A stretch of DNA of 64,000 nt from Candidatus Magasanikiibacteriota bacterium (GTDB lineage Bacteria > Patescibacteriota > Patescibacteriia > Magasanikbacterales > 2-02-FULL-50-9b). Positions 1 to 8,653 of this stretch are shown piece after piece. Numbering within the stretch: the stretch's first letter is position 1; each line of letters begins with the position of its first letter. Where the stretch lies: contig CAITMK010000014.1 in assembly GCA_903893485.1 (NCBI GenBank), forward strand, positions 2,144 to 66,143. Direction: 5' to 3'. Below the pieces are notes generated by a model that saw only the letters and a program-made list of their open reading frames with translations, was not told where the DNA came from and made no database searches. A program made the translations under genes and the position numbers.

Positions 1-849
1 GAGGAGCAAATCTTTTGCTTTCTGAAGCGCTTCGTCTTTGGTCATGGTGCCGGTACAACCAGTTGCACCTTTCCAACAAAGTAAAATGTGGCGAGCAGAA
101 ACAAAATCATGAGCTGAGGTAGCACCACGCTGCAAGAAATAGTATCCTTGCGCGTCTTCGAGTGGAGTGCGAGTAAACGTACCCTCACGAGTTTTTGCAG
201 CCCAGTTATAAATGGTTGCGCTATCGGCTTTGGTTACCGCGCCCAAATCTTTACCACCATTTTTTGCGTATACGTCATCAAAGGTTGCGGCGGTTTTGAG
301 TGATGCGGTAATTACATCTGCAGAAGTTTTTGCCGCTACGTTTGCATCAGCAATTGCTTTTTTCTGATCATCGGTAAGCTGAACGTTGCCGCCTTGCTTG
401 TCGCGGAATTCCAAAGTTGGTGTTGCACCAATCATGTCAATTGCCTGCTGCACATTGTGCACGTCTGGCAAATCAACCAAAATGCGCCACACGCCACTTG
501 ATTTGGTGGTTTGTACCAGCGGTTCTGAAACACCAAATGCGTTTACACGGCGTTCAATAACATCACGTGCGCCTTCAACGGCTGCTGGTTCGTCGCCAGC
601 GGCAACATTTTTAACATCAACATCGTACATGAGTGATGCGCCGCCGCGTAAATCAAGACCCAAACGAAATGGTTCTGGGTTTAAGTGACCAAGCGAAAGG
701 CCAACTTTTGTATTCAAAAAATCAGACGCTTCGTTGTATGGCGTTGGGTAACTATAGATACCAGCGGCAACTACAAACAAAACAACTGCGATCAGACCGT
801 TTCGGACTTTGCTGCGAGGCATTTCTGTGGACGTTTGACGTAATTTCAT
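1..849 (-). CDS. Membrane-anchored SecD-like protein with parvulin (PpiC)-like insertion; partial, continues past window start
   Basis: Minus-strand translation from ATG at 849: N-terminal TM segment, then a region closely resembling the SecD periplasmic head domain (LGLDLRGGASLMYDVD ... IGATPTLEFR), then parvulin-type motifs (GGKDLG ... ARHILL ... KDEALQKAKDLL). Open to coordinate 1, so it is absent from the complete-ORF track. Confidence 0.5.
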   Translation of the reverse strand, partial: MKLRQTSTEMPRSKVRNGLIAVVLFVVAAGIYSYPTPYNEASDFLNTKVGLSLGHLNPEPFRLGLDLRGGASLMYDVDVKNVAAGDEPAAVEGARDVIERRVNAFGVSEPLVQTTKSSGVWRILVDLPDVHNVQQAIDMIGATPTLEFRDKQGGNVQLTDDQKKAIADANVAAKTSADVITASLKTAATFDDVYAKNGGKDLGAVTKADSATIYNWAAKTREGTFTRTPLEDAQGYYFLQRGATSAHDFVSARHILLCWKGATGCTGTMTKDEALQKAKDLLL

Positions 850-900
850 AGGTTTTTCAAAGTGGCAATATAGTAACAAATTATGGGGCGGACGGCAAGT

Positions 901-1272
901 TTATTGTTCCAAGATGGCGCGTTCAGCGATCACATCACGATTCTTTGACAACTCATCGCTAAATTTTTCTGGGTATCGTAAGCTAAGTTTCGCAATATTT
1001 TTTTCCCAAATCTGCTCGAATGAAACGCCGAGTTCATCGGCGAGAAGTGCGAGGTACCACATAATGTCGCCCGCTTCTTCCATTAGGTTTACTTTATCGA
1101 GCGCGCGCCCATGCATTTTTGATTTTTTGAGTGCGTCCATGCATTCACCCGCTTCGCTTACGATGCCATAGACCGCATGTTCGATGCGTGGTGTCACGTC
1201 GCCGGTTGCAGTAAATAAATAACCTTCAGGCTGAGTTCGGAGTGCGTTGGTAATATATTCTTGTGGTGTCAT
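901..1272 (-). CDS. mazG: MazG-like nucleoside triphosphate pyrophosphohydrolase
   Basis: All-alpha 123-aa protein with the MazG/NTP-PPase EExxE-type motif (MEEAGDIMWYLALLADELG). Confidence 0.65.
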   Translation of the reverse strand: MTPQEYITNALRTQPEGYLFTATGDVTPRIEHAVYGIVSEAGECMDALKKSKMHGRALDKVNLMEEAGDIMWYLALLADELGVSFEQIWEKNIAKLSLRYPEKFSDELSKNRDVIAERAILEQ

Positions 1273-1691
1273 ATGGCAAACATGTTATAGGTTTTAAAGA
1301 CGTCGTGCAAATTGGGGATAATTGGAAACTGCGCAAATTCAGTTGGATTGATCCATTCAAAGGCGTCGTGATCTTCGGAAAGTTTAATTTCATTCGTCAC
1401 CACTTCGCATTCGAAAAATATTCCCACGATTTGCCATTCTTCGCCGCGCACGGTTGGGTGCCACTCGCCAACACTAAGTGGTTTTTTGATTTTTATAGTG
1501 AGGCCCGTTTCTTCAAGTACTTCACGCGCAAGAGCTTCGTCGTATTTTTCACCCGGATTCAGGCGACCACCTGGTAAATCGTAGCGGCCAGCGTTGGTCC
1601 CATCCTGATACGATCCAGATTCACGTAAAATGAGCACTTTGCCTTCATATATAATGAATGCTTTTGTAGCGAGGAAGAGTTTAGGGGGCAT
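1269..1691 (-). CDS. NUDIX hydrolase
   Basis: Canonical Nudix box GGRLNPGEKYDEALAREVLEETGL; 4-nt overlap with the upstream gene. Confidence 0.85.
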   Translation of the reverse strand: MPPKLFLATKAFIIYEGKVLILRESGSYQDGTNAGRYDLPGGRLNPGEKYDEALAREVLEETGLTIKIKKPLSVGEWHPTVRGEEWQIVGIFFECEVVTNEIKLSEDHDAFEWINPTEFAQFPIIPNLHDVFKTYNMFAI

Positions 1692-1692
1692 A

Positions 1693-2259
1693 TTATTTTA
1701 TTTCTTGCAATAATTTTCCCAAAAGTTTTTTTGGTAGGCCGCGAGCTATATCAAAGCTGCCATCTGTCTTACTCATAAATTGCATCATCGCTGGATTTTC
1801 GGACCGAAGTGCGCCCGCACAATCCATTACACCGTCATATTCAGCAAGCGACGCTGCGTCCGCGTCTGAGATAGGGTTGTACCATATGTGCATAGCACAA
1901 AGTCCTTCGGCACGTTTCCCTGTTTTGGTGTTCGTTACAACCATGCCGTTAATTATTGTTGCAGGCTGCTTGCCATACGATTTAATAAACTCGCGAGCCT
2001 GCTCTTTTGACACTGGCTTTTCCCGAATTTGCCCATTCCATACCACGACTTGATCAGAGGCAATCACAATCGATGGCTCTTTGACCTGTGCACTTACTGC
2101 GTCTGCCTTGGCGTGCGCAATCGCGAGTACTAATTTTTCAGGGTCTGCTTCGCGAATAGCCTTTTCGTCGATGTCTGGCGAAATGACATCGTAGGCAAGA
2201 CCCAACTCGTCCATGACCATGCGGCGAAATCTTGAAGAGGATCCGAGAATTATTTTCAT
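1693..2259 (-). CDS. maf: Maf-family nucleoside triphosphate pyrophosphatase (septum formation protein Maf)
   Basis: N-terminus MKIILGSSSRFR typical of Maf/Ham1-like dTTP/UTP pyrophosphatases; length 188 aa. Confidence 0.8.
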   Translation of the reverse strand: MKIILGSSSRFRRMVMDELGLAYDVISPDIDEKAIREADPEKLVLAIAHAKADAVSAQVKEPSIVIASDQVVVWNGQIREKPVSKEQAREFIKSYGKQPATIINGMVVTNTKTGKRAEGLCAMHIWYNPISDADAASLAEYDGVMDCAGALRSENPAMMQFMSKTDGSFDIARGLPKKLLGKLLQEIK

Positions 2260-2690
2260 AGTGCGACAGCATACTGCTGCGCAATCTCAAGCATCCCTGT
2301 CATAAAATAATCTTCGAGTTTTACGTTTTTTAAATCGAGCCACAAGATATCATTATGATCAGGCGACAACGTAATTTTTGCACCTTCTATATACTGCGCC
2401 ACAAACGCCAGATAAAATGTTGGTACACCGTTTTTATTCATGTGGCGTCCTGTCGCGACTGGCGTCATCGAAATTTCTCCGACAGCGTCGGTTCCAATTT
2501 CTTCAGCAACTTCGCGCATTAAAATATCGTAGATGGGCGTTGCAAATTCTGTTACATTGATGCGGCCGCCGGGAAAATCATGCACTTTATGAAATGGTGG
2601 TTCCCAAGTAGCTGGTTTTAAAACCAGAATTTTTCCCGCTGCATTTTTTAAAAATAGTTTAAGTGAAATTTCGTATCGTTCATTTTCCAT
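2256..2690 (-). CDS. NUDIX-like hydrolase (divergent)
   Basis: Degenerate Nudix box FPGGRINVTEFATPIYDILMREVAEEIG; translationally coupled to maf. Confidence 0.6.
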   Translation of the reverse strand: MENERYEISLKLFLKNAAGKILVLKPATWEPPFHKVHDFPGGRINVTEFATPIYDILMREVAEEIGTDAVGEISMTPVATGRHMNKNGVPTFYLAFVAQYIEGAKITLSPDHNDILWLDLKNVKLEDYFMTGMLEIAQQYAVAL

Positions 2691-2741
2691 AATTACAGAA
2701 CAGTTAAATTATATTTGTATTTAATAATTACACATGATGCC

Positions 2742-3398
2742 TTACCACGGATATATCTCACCCTTATACCAAAAATTACCTGATTCAACACGCTTTGCAA
2801 TAAGTGCAAAAATATCATTCGCAGCTTCTTGCGGCGTAATATCACCCTCACCTTCATTCATATCTGTCTTCACGTATCCTGGATGAACCGAGGAGACAAT
2901 CACCTTGCCCGCCAAACGCGCAGCAAGAATGCGAGTGAACATGTTCAACGCTGCTTTTGAAATACCATAATTTGGATATAGGCACGTCGTCGTAAATGAT
3001 AGCGAACCACGACGCGATGAAATGTTTATTATTTGTTCCGAAATCAAATTGTGAGCCAAAAGTTGTTCAGTAAAATCGATCGATCCAATTACATTTGAAT
3101 CCAATGTTTCCTGCAGAACCGCAACATCAATCGTTTGTGCCTCATCTTCTGGATGCCAAATGCCAGCATTATTAATCAAAATGTTAATCTTTTTATCAAG
3201 TGCTTGAATCGTGGCAGCGCATGTTTTGCGACTTTCTACTTGTGATAACTCGAGCGGTACAAACATTAAATTTTCATGCGAATACTCAGCTTCTCCAGAC
3301 CGGGATGTCCCGATAACGAAAAAACCTTCGTTCAAAAATTTTTCTGCGAGCGCGCGGCCGATGCCACGACTAGCGCCAGTGATTACTATGGTTTTCAT
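2742..3398 (-). CDS. Short-chain dehydrogenase/reductase (SDR) family oxidoreductase
   Basis: TGASRGIGRALA Rossmann motif, NNAG, and YxxxK catalytic motif (YGISKAAL). Confidence 0.85.
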   Translation of the reverse strand: MKTIVITGASRGIGRALAEKFLNEGFFVIGTSRSGEAEYSHENLMFVPLELSQVESRKTCAATIQALDKKINILINNAGIWHPEDEAQTIDVAVLQETLDSNVIGSIDFTEQLLAHNLISEQIINISSRRGSLSFTTTCLYPNYGISKAALNMFTRILAARLAGKVIVSSVHPGYVKTDMNEGEGDITPQEAANDIFALIAKRVESGNFWYKGEIYPW

Positions 3399-3712
3399 AT
3401 AAGTGGATACACATCAAGCGCAACCTCTTCATATGGGTGCGCAAATTTAATTGCAGCTATTACGTCATGAAGTGCAGATGACGGGCAAACAGTTTCGATG
3501 CGTTCCTCATTGACTTCTTCCAAATCACCAACCGATCCAATGTGCGGATGTGCACCTTCGAGCGGTTTAAATCGCCCAATGCCTTTGGATGAAAACGTGC
3601 AATTCGAGTAATTGCCTATGACACCTGCGCCCGCGGATGCCATTGCCTCGCGCACTACGTCGGCATGAGATTCCGGTACAAATACAACGATTTTATATTT
3701 TTCAAATTCCAT
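3395..3712 (-). CDS. PII/CutA-like small protein (standalone homologue of the NIF3/YqfO insert domain, COG3323-like)
   Basis: 105-aa sequence with GNYSNC and HPYEEVALDVYPL motifs reminiscent of the CutA/PII-fold insert of NIF3 proteins. Confidence 0.4.
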   Translation of the reverse strand: MEFEKYKIVVFVPESHADVVREAMASAGAGVIGNYSNCTFSSKGIGRFKPLEGAHPHIGSVGDLEEVNEERIETVCPSSALHDVIAAIKFAHPYEEVALDVYPLI

Positions 3713-4244
3713 ACTTTTCCAAAATAATATCTAACTGTTTGAACAAATCTACTTCTGAGCCTGAATTCTCAATTCGCGCATCTGCCGCATCGAGCACTTG
3801 TTGCATCGAATATCCTGGAGCTGATAATTCATATGTCTCCTGCGCTTTAAATTCATCAAGCGAGATTATATCACCTTCGCGCTGGCGCATCTGTGCACGC
3901 GCATAACGCAGCTCAATAGGGGCCGCAACTTCAAGTAATATAAAATCGCCAGGAAATTTTTTACGGAAAAAATCAACTCCCGCCATTTCACGAAACGCAC
4001 TAATAACCGTGTTGCCCGTAATATGTGGTAGCATTTCTTCATCCACGTATGCATCACCACGCAGCGCCCGCTGACGTGTTACATACGCCTGGATACTCGC
4101 ACGATCAAGTCGCAACCCTTCGGCGCGCATTGCAGTGCGGATTATGTCACCAGCAGATAACATCTTAAAGCTTTTCGTCACCAAATATTGCGCAACAGTA
4201 TCTTTTCCAGAGAGTGGAAAACCGGTAAGGCCTATGATTTTCAT
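3702..4244 (-). CDS. P-loop deoxynucleoside-monophosphate-kinase-like protein (phage T4 gp1-like)
   Basis: N-terminus MKIIGLTGFPLSGKDT resembles the Walker A region of the T4 dNMP kinase family. Confidence 0.55.
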   Translation of the reverse strand: MKIIGLTGFPLSGKDTVAQYLVTKSFKMLSAGDIIRTAMRAEGLRLDRASIQAYVTRQRALRGDAYVDEEMLPHITGNTVISAFREMAGVDFFRKKFPGDFILLEVAAPIELRYARAQMRQREGDIISLDEFKAQETYELSAPGYSMQQVLDAADARIENSGSEVDLFKQLDIILEKYGI

Positions 4245-4495
4245 ATCGAAACAAAAGTAAATCGAGGTACTTCTACACCATCAACAACTACATATTCTTG
4301 GAACATGGCGAGAGGTCGCACCCACATTTTGCCATTATGCTTATAAACAACTAGTTCTTCTTCGGTTTCTGTATGGGTCGCGACTCCAATCACCTCTGCA
4401 AGATGACCTTTGTGGTGTTTATAAATACCCAGTTGCATATGAATAAAGCAGTGATGCCTATTTTTTTCCAATAATTGCCACCGTGAATAATTCAA
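4241..4495 (-). CDS. DUF1653-like small protein
   Basis: 84-aa protein with the GIYKHHKG ... EVIGVATHTETEEELVVY ... WVRP motif pattern typical of DUF1653. Confidence 0.45.
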   Translation of the reverse strand: MNYSRWQLLEKNRHHCFIHMQLGIYKHHKGHLAEVIGVATHTETEEELVVYKHNGKMWVRPLAMFQEYVVVDGVEVPRFTFVSI

Positions 4496-5126
4496 ATTTC
4501 TTCACGCGTTTCAGGAAATCTTCAAGCGATTCTTTTTTATCCACTGTTGTTCCCTCTTTTTGCGGATCATTATAAAACACATTTGTGCCATCAAATCCGG
4601 TGATTGGAACCCAATGATTAAAATCCAGCAAGACAAGAGCGAATTCACCCGCCTGCACACGTCTAAAAACTTCTTCTATTTCAATTTCCGATTCTTTCAA
4701 AATACCGCGCGCCAACATTTCTTTAGTGGACTCTGCGCCGTCTTGCAAATTGTGATCACGTAAATATGTTGAGGCCTCTTCCGCTTCCACCGAAGAATCA
4801 TTTGACGTCAAACGCTCAAGCAGCTCAAGAGGCTCATAGGGAAATCGATTCCAATCGATATTCGAATACAAATCAACCGAATATCCCTTATCATGAAGCC
4901 AGGAAAGTATCCAACCAGGCCACGTGCCCAAATGTTCTCGCTTGTGGCTAGCCAGCTCCAGCGTTTTAAGATCAGGAACATCACCTGGCGATAGTGCCTC
5001 TAATATCATACCAACGGAGGCCTGCATACAACTGTTATCTGGCGATGGCTTTGCGGGGAGATTAATTTTAAATTTTGGTAGGTCTTCAAATGAGTGTATT
5101 GTTGGAAGCGTTTCAAACGGTCTCAT
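4458..5126 (-). CDS. Papain-like cysteine peptidase, C39-like (BtrH-like) domain protein
   Basis: Putative nucleophile in DNSCMQASVGMIL and downstream HWVPITGFDGTNVFYNDP resembling the C39 His/Asp region; no adjacent ABC transporter. Confidence 0.4.
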   Translation of the reverse strand: MRPFETLPTIHSFEDLPKFKINLPAKPSPDNSCMQASVGMILEALSPGDVPDLKTLELASHKREHLGTWPGWILSWLHDKGYSVDLYSNIDWNRFPYEPLELLERLTSNDSSVEAEEASTYLRDHNLQDGAESTKEMLARGILKESEIEIEEVFRRVQAGEFALVLLDFNHWVPITGFDGTNVFYNDPQKEGTTVDKKESLEDFLKRVKKFELFTVAIIGKK

Positions 5127-5209
5127 AGAAGTAAATAATGAACTTCATTTTTTAAATGAATAAGCGCCATCAACACTTGTCAGATACACCAGTGGTTTAC
5201 TCATATTAA

Positions 5210-8011
5210 TTACGCCCCATGACACTTCTTAAATTTCTTCCCGCTCCCGCAAGGACATTCATCATTGCGCCCAACCCCATGATATTTACTATCCATTGGC
5301 GTTTTGCTCATGCCGGCAAGTGCGGCGCCCGCGGCTTTCATGACATCGTCAACAATCTCGCCTTCATGCACGGTTTGTACCGGCATCGTGTCACCTTCTT
5401 TGGCAGCACCCGCAACTTCAAGACCCGCGCGCTGCAAAAGTGATGGCATCCACTGCGTTGCATTATTGATTTCCAAAATGCCATGCACAATATCTGAATT
5501 GATAAACGACAACAATTCCTGGAACAAACGATACGATTCGCGTTTGTATTCCACGAGCGGCTCACGCTGGCCGTAGCCACGCAAACCAATACCGGTACGC
5601 AAATAATTCAATGCTTCCAGATGTTCAATCCACAGCGTATCAATCGCACGGAGCATTACATTTTTAAATGTCTCACGTGCCTGCACGGGCGTCTCAAATG
5701 CCGCCGCGAACGCTGCAACGCGCTCTTTGGCATATTCTGCCATTGGCTCAATTAATTCGGTGCGGATGATTTGCGGCTCTTTGTGGCCCGCGTCTTCGAG
5801 CGGCGTTAAGAAACGTTTTGATTCATGCGCGTCGGTACCAAGCAAACGTGAAATTTCTTTTGCAAAATTTTCTTCGTCAACTTCGGTGTTTGCGGGAATT
5901 TCAGTGAAACGAAAAACGACTTGCTCAATTTCTTGTTCAAACAGCGCGCTTACCTGGCCGGTTAAAATTTCCAAACCAGTTTCTGATTCACCAGCTGCCA
6001 AAATTTCGGAGCGCTTTTTGTAAATCACTTCGCGATGACGATTCAAAACATCATCGTACTCCAAAAGATGCTTACGAATATCAAAGTTATGTCCTTCAAC
6101 TTTTTTCTGTGCGGTTTCCAAAGATTTGGTAATCAAAGAATGCTCGATTGGCATGTCTTCTGGCACATCCAGGCGCTTCAACAAATTTTTCATGCGGTCG
6201 GATCCAAAAATACGCATGAGATCATCCTCGGCGGAAATAAAGAATTGCGTTTCACCCGGATCACCCTGGCGACCTGCGCGGCCACGAAGCTGATTATCGA
6301 TGCGGCGCGATTCGTGGCGCTCGGTACCAAGCACGAACAAACCACCAACGCCGCGCACAGTTTCCTGCTCTTCCTTAATAACTGGATTACCACCAAGTAA
6401 AATATCAACGCCACGACCTGCCATGTTAGTTGCAAGCGTCACGGCGCCTCGGCGGCCAGCTTGCGCAACGATTTCACCTTCTTTTTCGTGATTTTTCGCA
6501 TTCAACATTTGGTGTGGCACACCAGCTTTCGCAAGCATGTCGGAAAGCATTTCATTTTTTTCAATCGAAATTGTACCAATCAAAATTGGCTGGCCACGTT
6601 CGCTACGTTCTTTAACCTCGCGCACCACGGCCTGGAATTTCCCCTGCTCGCTCGCGTAAATGCGATCACCCAAATCCACGCGTGAATTTTTTCGATGCGG
6701 CGGAATTACCGTAACTTCGAGTTTATAAATTTTTCCAAATTCTTCAGCTTCGGTAACTGCAGTACCGGTCATACCGCCAATTAAACCGTACAAGCGGAAA
6801 TAATTTTGGAATGTAATTGTTGCAAGTGTCTGCGATTCGCGCTGAATTGCAACGTGTTCTTTAGCTTCAATCGCCTGATGCAAACCTTCGGAATAACGGC
6901 GACCAACCATTAAGCGGCCCGTAAATTCATCGACAATCAAAACTTCGTTGTCTTTTACCACGTAATCTTTATCGCGCTTAAACAAAACTTCAGCACGAAG
7001 TGCAGAATCAATATGGTGCACCAAACGGTGGCCACCGGCAACATACAAATTTTCAACGCCCAATAATTTTTCGCACTCAGCAACACCCGCTTCGGTTAAG
7101 GTAACCGCGCGCTGCTTTTCGTCTTGCGTATAATGCTCATCTTTTTTGAGCTGACGAGCAATGTCTGCACATTTATAATACGTTTGCGCTGCCTCTTCGG
7201 CTGGCGCGCTAATGATCAAAGGTGTGCGCGCTTCATCAATTAAAATTGAATCAACTTCATCAATAAGCGCATATGCCAATTCGCGCTGCACCTGCTCTGC
7301 AGATGAAGACGCCATGTTGTCGCGCAAATAATCAAAACCAAATTCGTTGTTGGTACCGTATGTAATATCGGCAGCATACGATGCCTTACGCGTTGCCGGG
7401 CGTAAATAATCCATTTCCACGTGAAAACTGCCGAGCGTATCGCGCTCAACGTCTTCCGGTGTACCCTGATCAGTTAATCCGTCGGCTGTAACTTTATTCA
7501 CGACTTTAAATTCTGGATCGTACACGTACGAAGTCATTTGCTGCTGAATAATACCAACAGACAAACCGAGCGCATGAAAAATCTGACCCATCCAAACCGC
7601 GTCACGTTTTGCCAAATAATCATTCACCGTAACCACATGCACGCCGCGGCCCGTGAGCGCATGCAAATACACTGGCAACGTTCCGGTTAACGTTTTACCT
7701 TCACCGGTGCGCATTTCGGCAATGTTGCCGCGATGGAGCGCAATTGCACCCATGAGCTGCACGTCGTAGTGAAACTGGCCGATCGTGCGCTTTGCAGCTT
7801 CACGAACGGTTGCGTAGGCTTCGGGCAAAATATCATCCAAACTTTCCCCGCCAGCAAGACGGGTTTTAAACTCCGCAGTTTTGGCGCGCAAATCTGCATC
7901 AGAAAGCTGGCCATATTCTGGCGCCAATGCGTTAATCTGATCAACCAGCGGTTTTAAAGCTTTGATAACCTGCGCGTTCGGATCGCCGAAAAGTTTGGTG
8001 AGAAATGACAT
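5210..8011 (-). CDS. secA: Preprotein translocase ATPase SecA
   Basis: Full-length SecA with DEAD motor motifs and C-terminal zinc finger CPCGSGKKFKKCHG; real start MSFLTKLFGD at 8011 (the track ORF starts further upstream). Confidence 0.97.
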   Translation of the reverse strand: MSFLTKLFGDPNAQVIKALKPLVDQINALAPEYGQLSDADLRAKTAEFKTRLAGGESLDDILPEAYATVREAAKRTIGQFHYDVQLMGAIALHRGNIAEMRTGEGKTLTGTLPVYLHALTGRGVHVVTVNDYLAKRDAVWMGQIFHALGLSVGIIQQQMTSYVYDPEFKVVNKVTADGLTDQGTPEDVERDTLGSFHVEMDYLRPATRKASYAADITYGTNNEFGFDYLRDNMASSSAEQVQRELAYALIDEVDSILIDEARTPLIISAPAEEAAQTYYKCADIARQLKKDEHYTQDEKQRAVTLTEAGVAECEKLLGVENLYVAGGHRLVHHIDSALRAEVLFKRDKDYVVKDNEVLIVDEFTGRLMVGRRYSEGLHQAIEAKEHVAIQRESQTLATITFQNYFRLYGLIGGMTGTAVTEAEEFGKIYKLEVTVIPPHRKNSRVDLGDRIYASEQGKFQAVVREVKERSERGQPILIGTISIEKNEMLSDMLAKAGVPHQMLNAKNHEKEGEIVAQAGRRGAVTLATNMAGRGVDILLGGNPVIKEEQETVRGVGGLFVLGTERHESRRIDNQLRGRAGRQGDPGETQFFISAEDDLMRIFGSDRMKNLLKRLDVPEDMPIEHSLITKSLETAQKKVEGHNFDIRKHLLEYDDVLNRHREVIYKKRSEILAAGESETGLEILTGQVSALFEQEIEQVVFRFTEIPANTEVDEENFAKEISRLLGTDAHESKRFLTPLEDAGHKEPQIIRTELIEPMAEYAKERVAAFAAAFETPVQARETFKNVMLRAIDTLWIEHLEALNYLRTGIGLRGYGQREPLVEYKRESYRLFQELLSFINSDIVHGILEINNATQWMPSLLQRAGLEVAGAAKEGDTMPVQTVHEGEIVDDVMKAAGAALAGMSKTPMDSKYHGVGRNDECPCGSGKKFKKCHGA

Positions 8012-8038
8012 AGAATGGAGTAATTGTAGCGTTATTTG

Positions 8039-8220
8039 CAAAATAAGACAAGGGTGAAGATTTCCCGTACCGCTCAGGAGCACATGCTCATTTTGGCCAG
8101 CGCCAAAATGGCATTCGCTCTCGGCGAGCCATTTTGCCTACGGCAAAAACCGGCTGGCTCGCCTCCGAGAGTCTCCTTCGCGATACGGGAAACCTTTACC
8201 AAGTTTTTTCAAAATAAGAC
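8039..8220. repeat. Hairpin-forming element of about 160 bp flanked by 11-bp direct repeats CAAAATAAGAC (MITE-like or structured secA leader)
   Basis: Direct repeats at about 8039-8049 and 8210-8220; imperfect terminal inverted repeats GATTTCCCGTACCGC / GCGATACGGGAAACC; internal nested stems (ATTTTGGC/GCCAAAAT, TTTTGCC/GGCAAAA, GAGCACATGCTC); sits 30-200 nt upstream of the secA ATG. Confidence 0.4.
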
Positions 8221-8244
8221 TACAGTTCCCTCCCAAAACCTTAT

Positions 8245-8275
8245 AAAAAGCCTCTCATTCTTAGAGAGGCTTTTT
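8245..8275. terminator. Bidirectional intrinsic terminator after hpf
   Basis: AAAAAGCCTCTC-ATTCTTA-GAGAGGCTTTTT, a perfect stem flanked by an A-run and a T-run. Confidence 0.8.
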
Positions 8276-8298
8276 AGTGCTTATGCAGCGCCGATCAA

Positions 8299-8628
8299 TT
8301 ATGCGCGGAGCTTGCGTGCATCAACAGATTCTTCTTTAATTTTTACCACCTGTTTTTTGGTTGCCGCAATTGCTTGATCCATTGAATCGTAGAGATCATC
8401 GGATTCTGCAGCAGCGTACACTGATTTTTTGCCCATGATCATGTGCAATTCCGCGCGAAAAATTTTACCTTTGTGGTGATGATGCGTGGTGCGTGATAAT
8501 TCAACGCTTACAATTGCGTCATCGTGCAACGTGCCAACGATTTTGTCTAGGCGGCTGAATTTTTCTGCGGCGATTTGCTTAATAGCGGTGGTGAGGCTGA
8601 GGCCCGTACTATGGAATGTAATTTGCAT
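8299..8628 (-). CDS. hpf: Ribosome hibernation promoting factor (RaiA/HPF family)
   Basis: 109-aa sigma-54-modulation/RaiA fold signature MQITFHSTGLSLTTAIKQIAAEKFSRLDK. Confidence 0.85.
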   Translation of the reverse strand: MQITFHSTGLSLTTAIKQIAAEKFSRLDKIVGTLHDDAIVSVELSRTTHHHHKGKIFRAELHMIMGKKSVYAAAESDDLYDSMDQAIAATKKQVVKIKEESVDARKLRA

Positions 8629-8653
8629 ATGGATATATTGTAGCGCCGCTTGA

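Noticed and set aside
386-851. Plus-strand ORFs 386-688 and 633-851
   Set aside because: Antisense to the much longer SecD-like minus-strand frame; Arg/Ser-rich low-complexity translation; no RBS.
5138-5150. Palindrome AATGAA-C-TTCATT downstream of secA
   Set aside because: Too AT-rich and short for a terminator. Possibly an operator for the C39-like peptidase gene, but no supporting promoter elements were identified.
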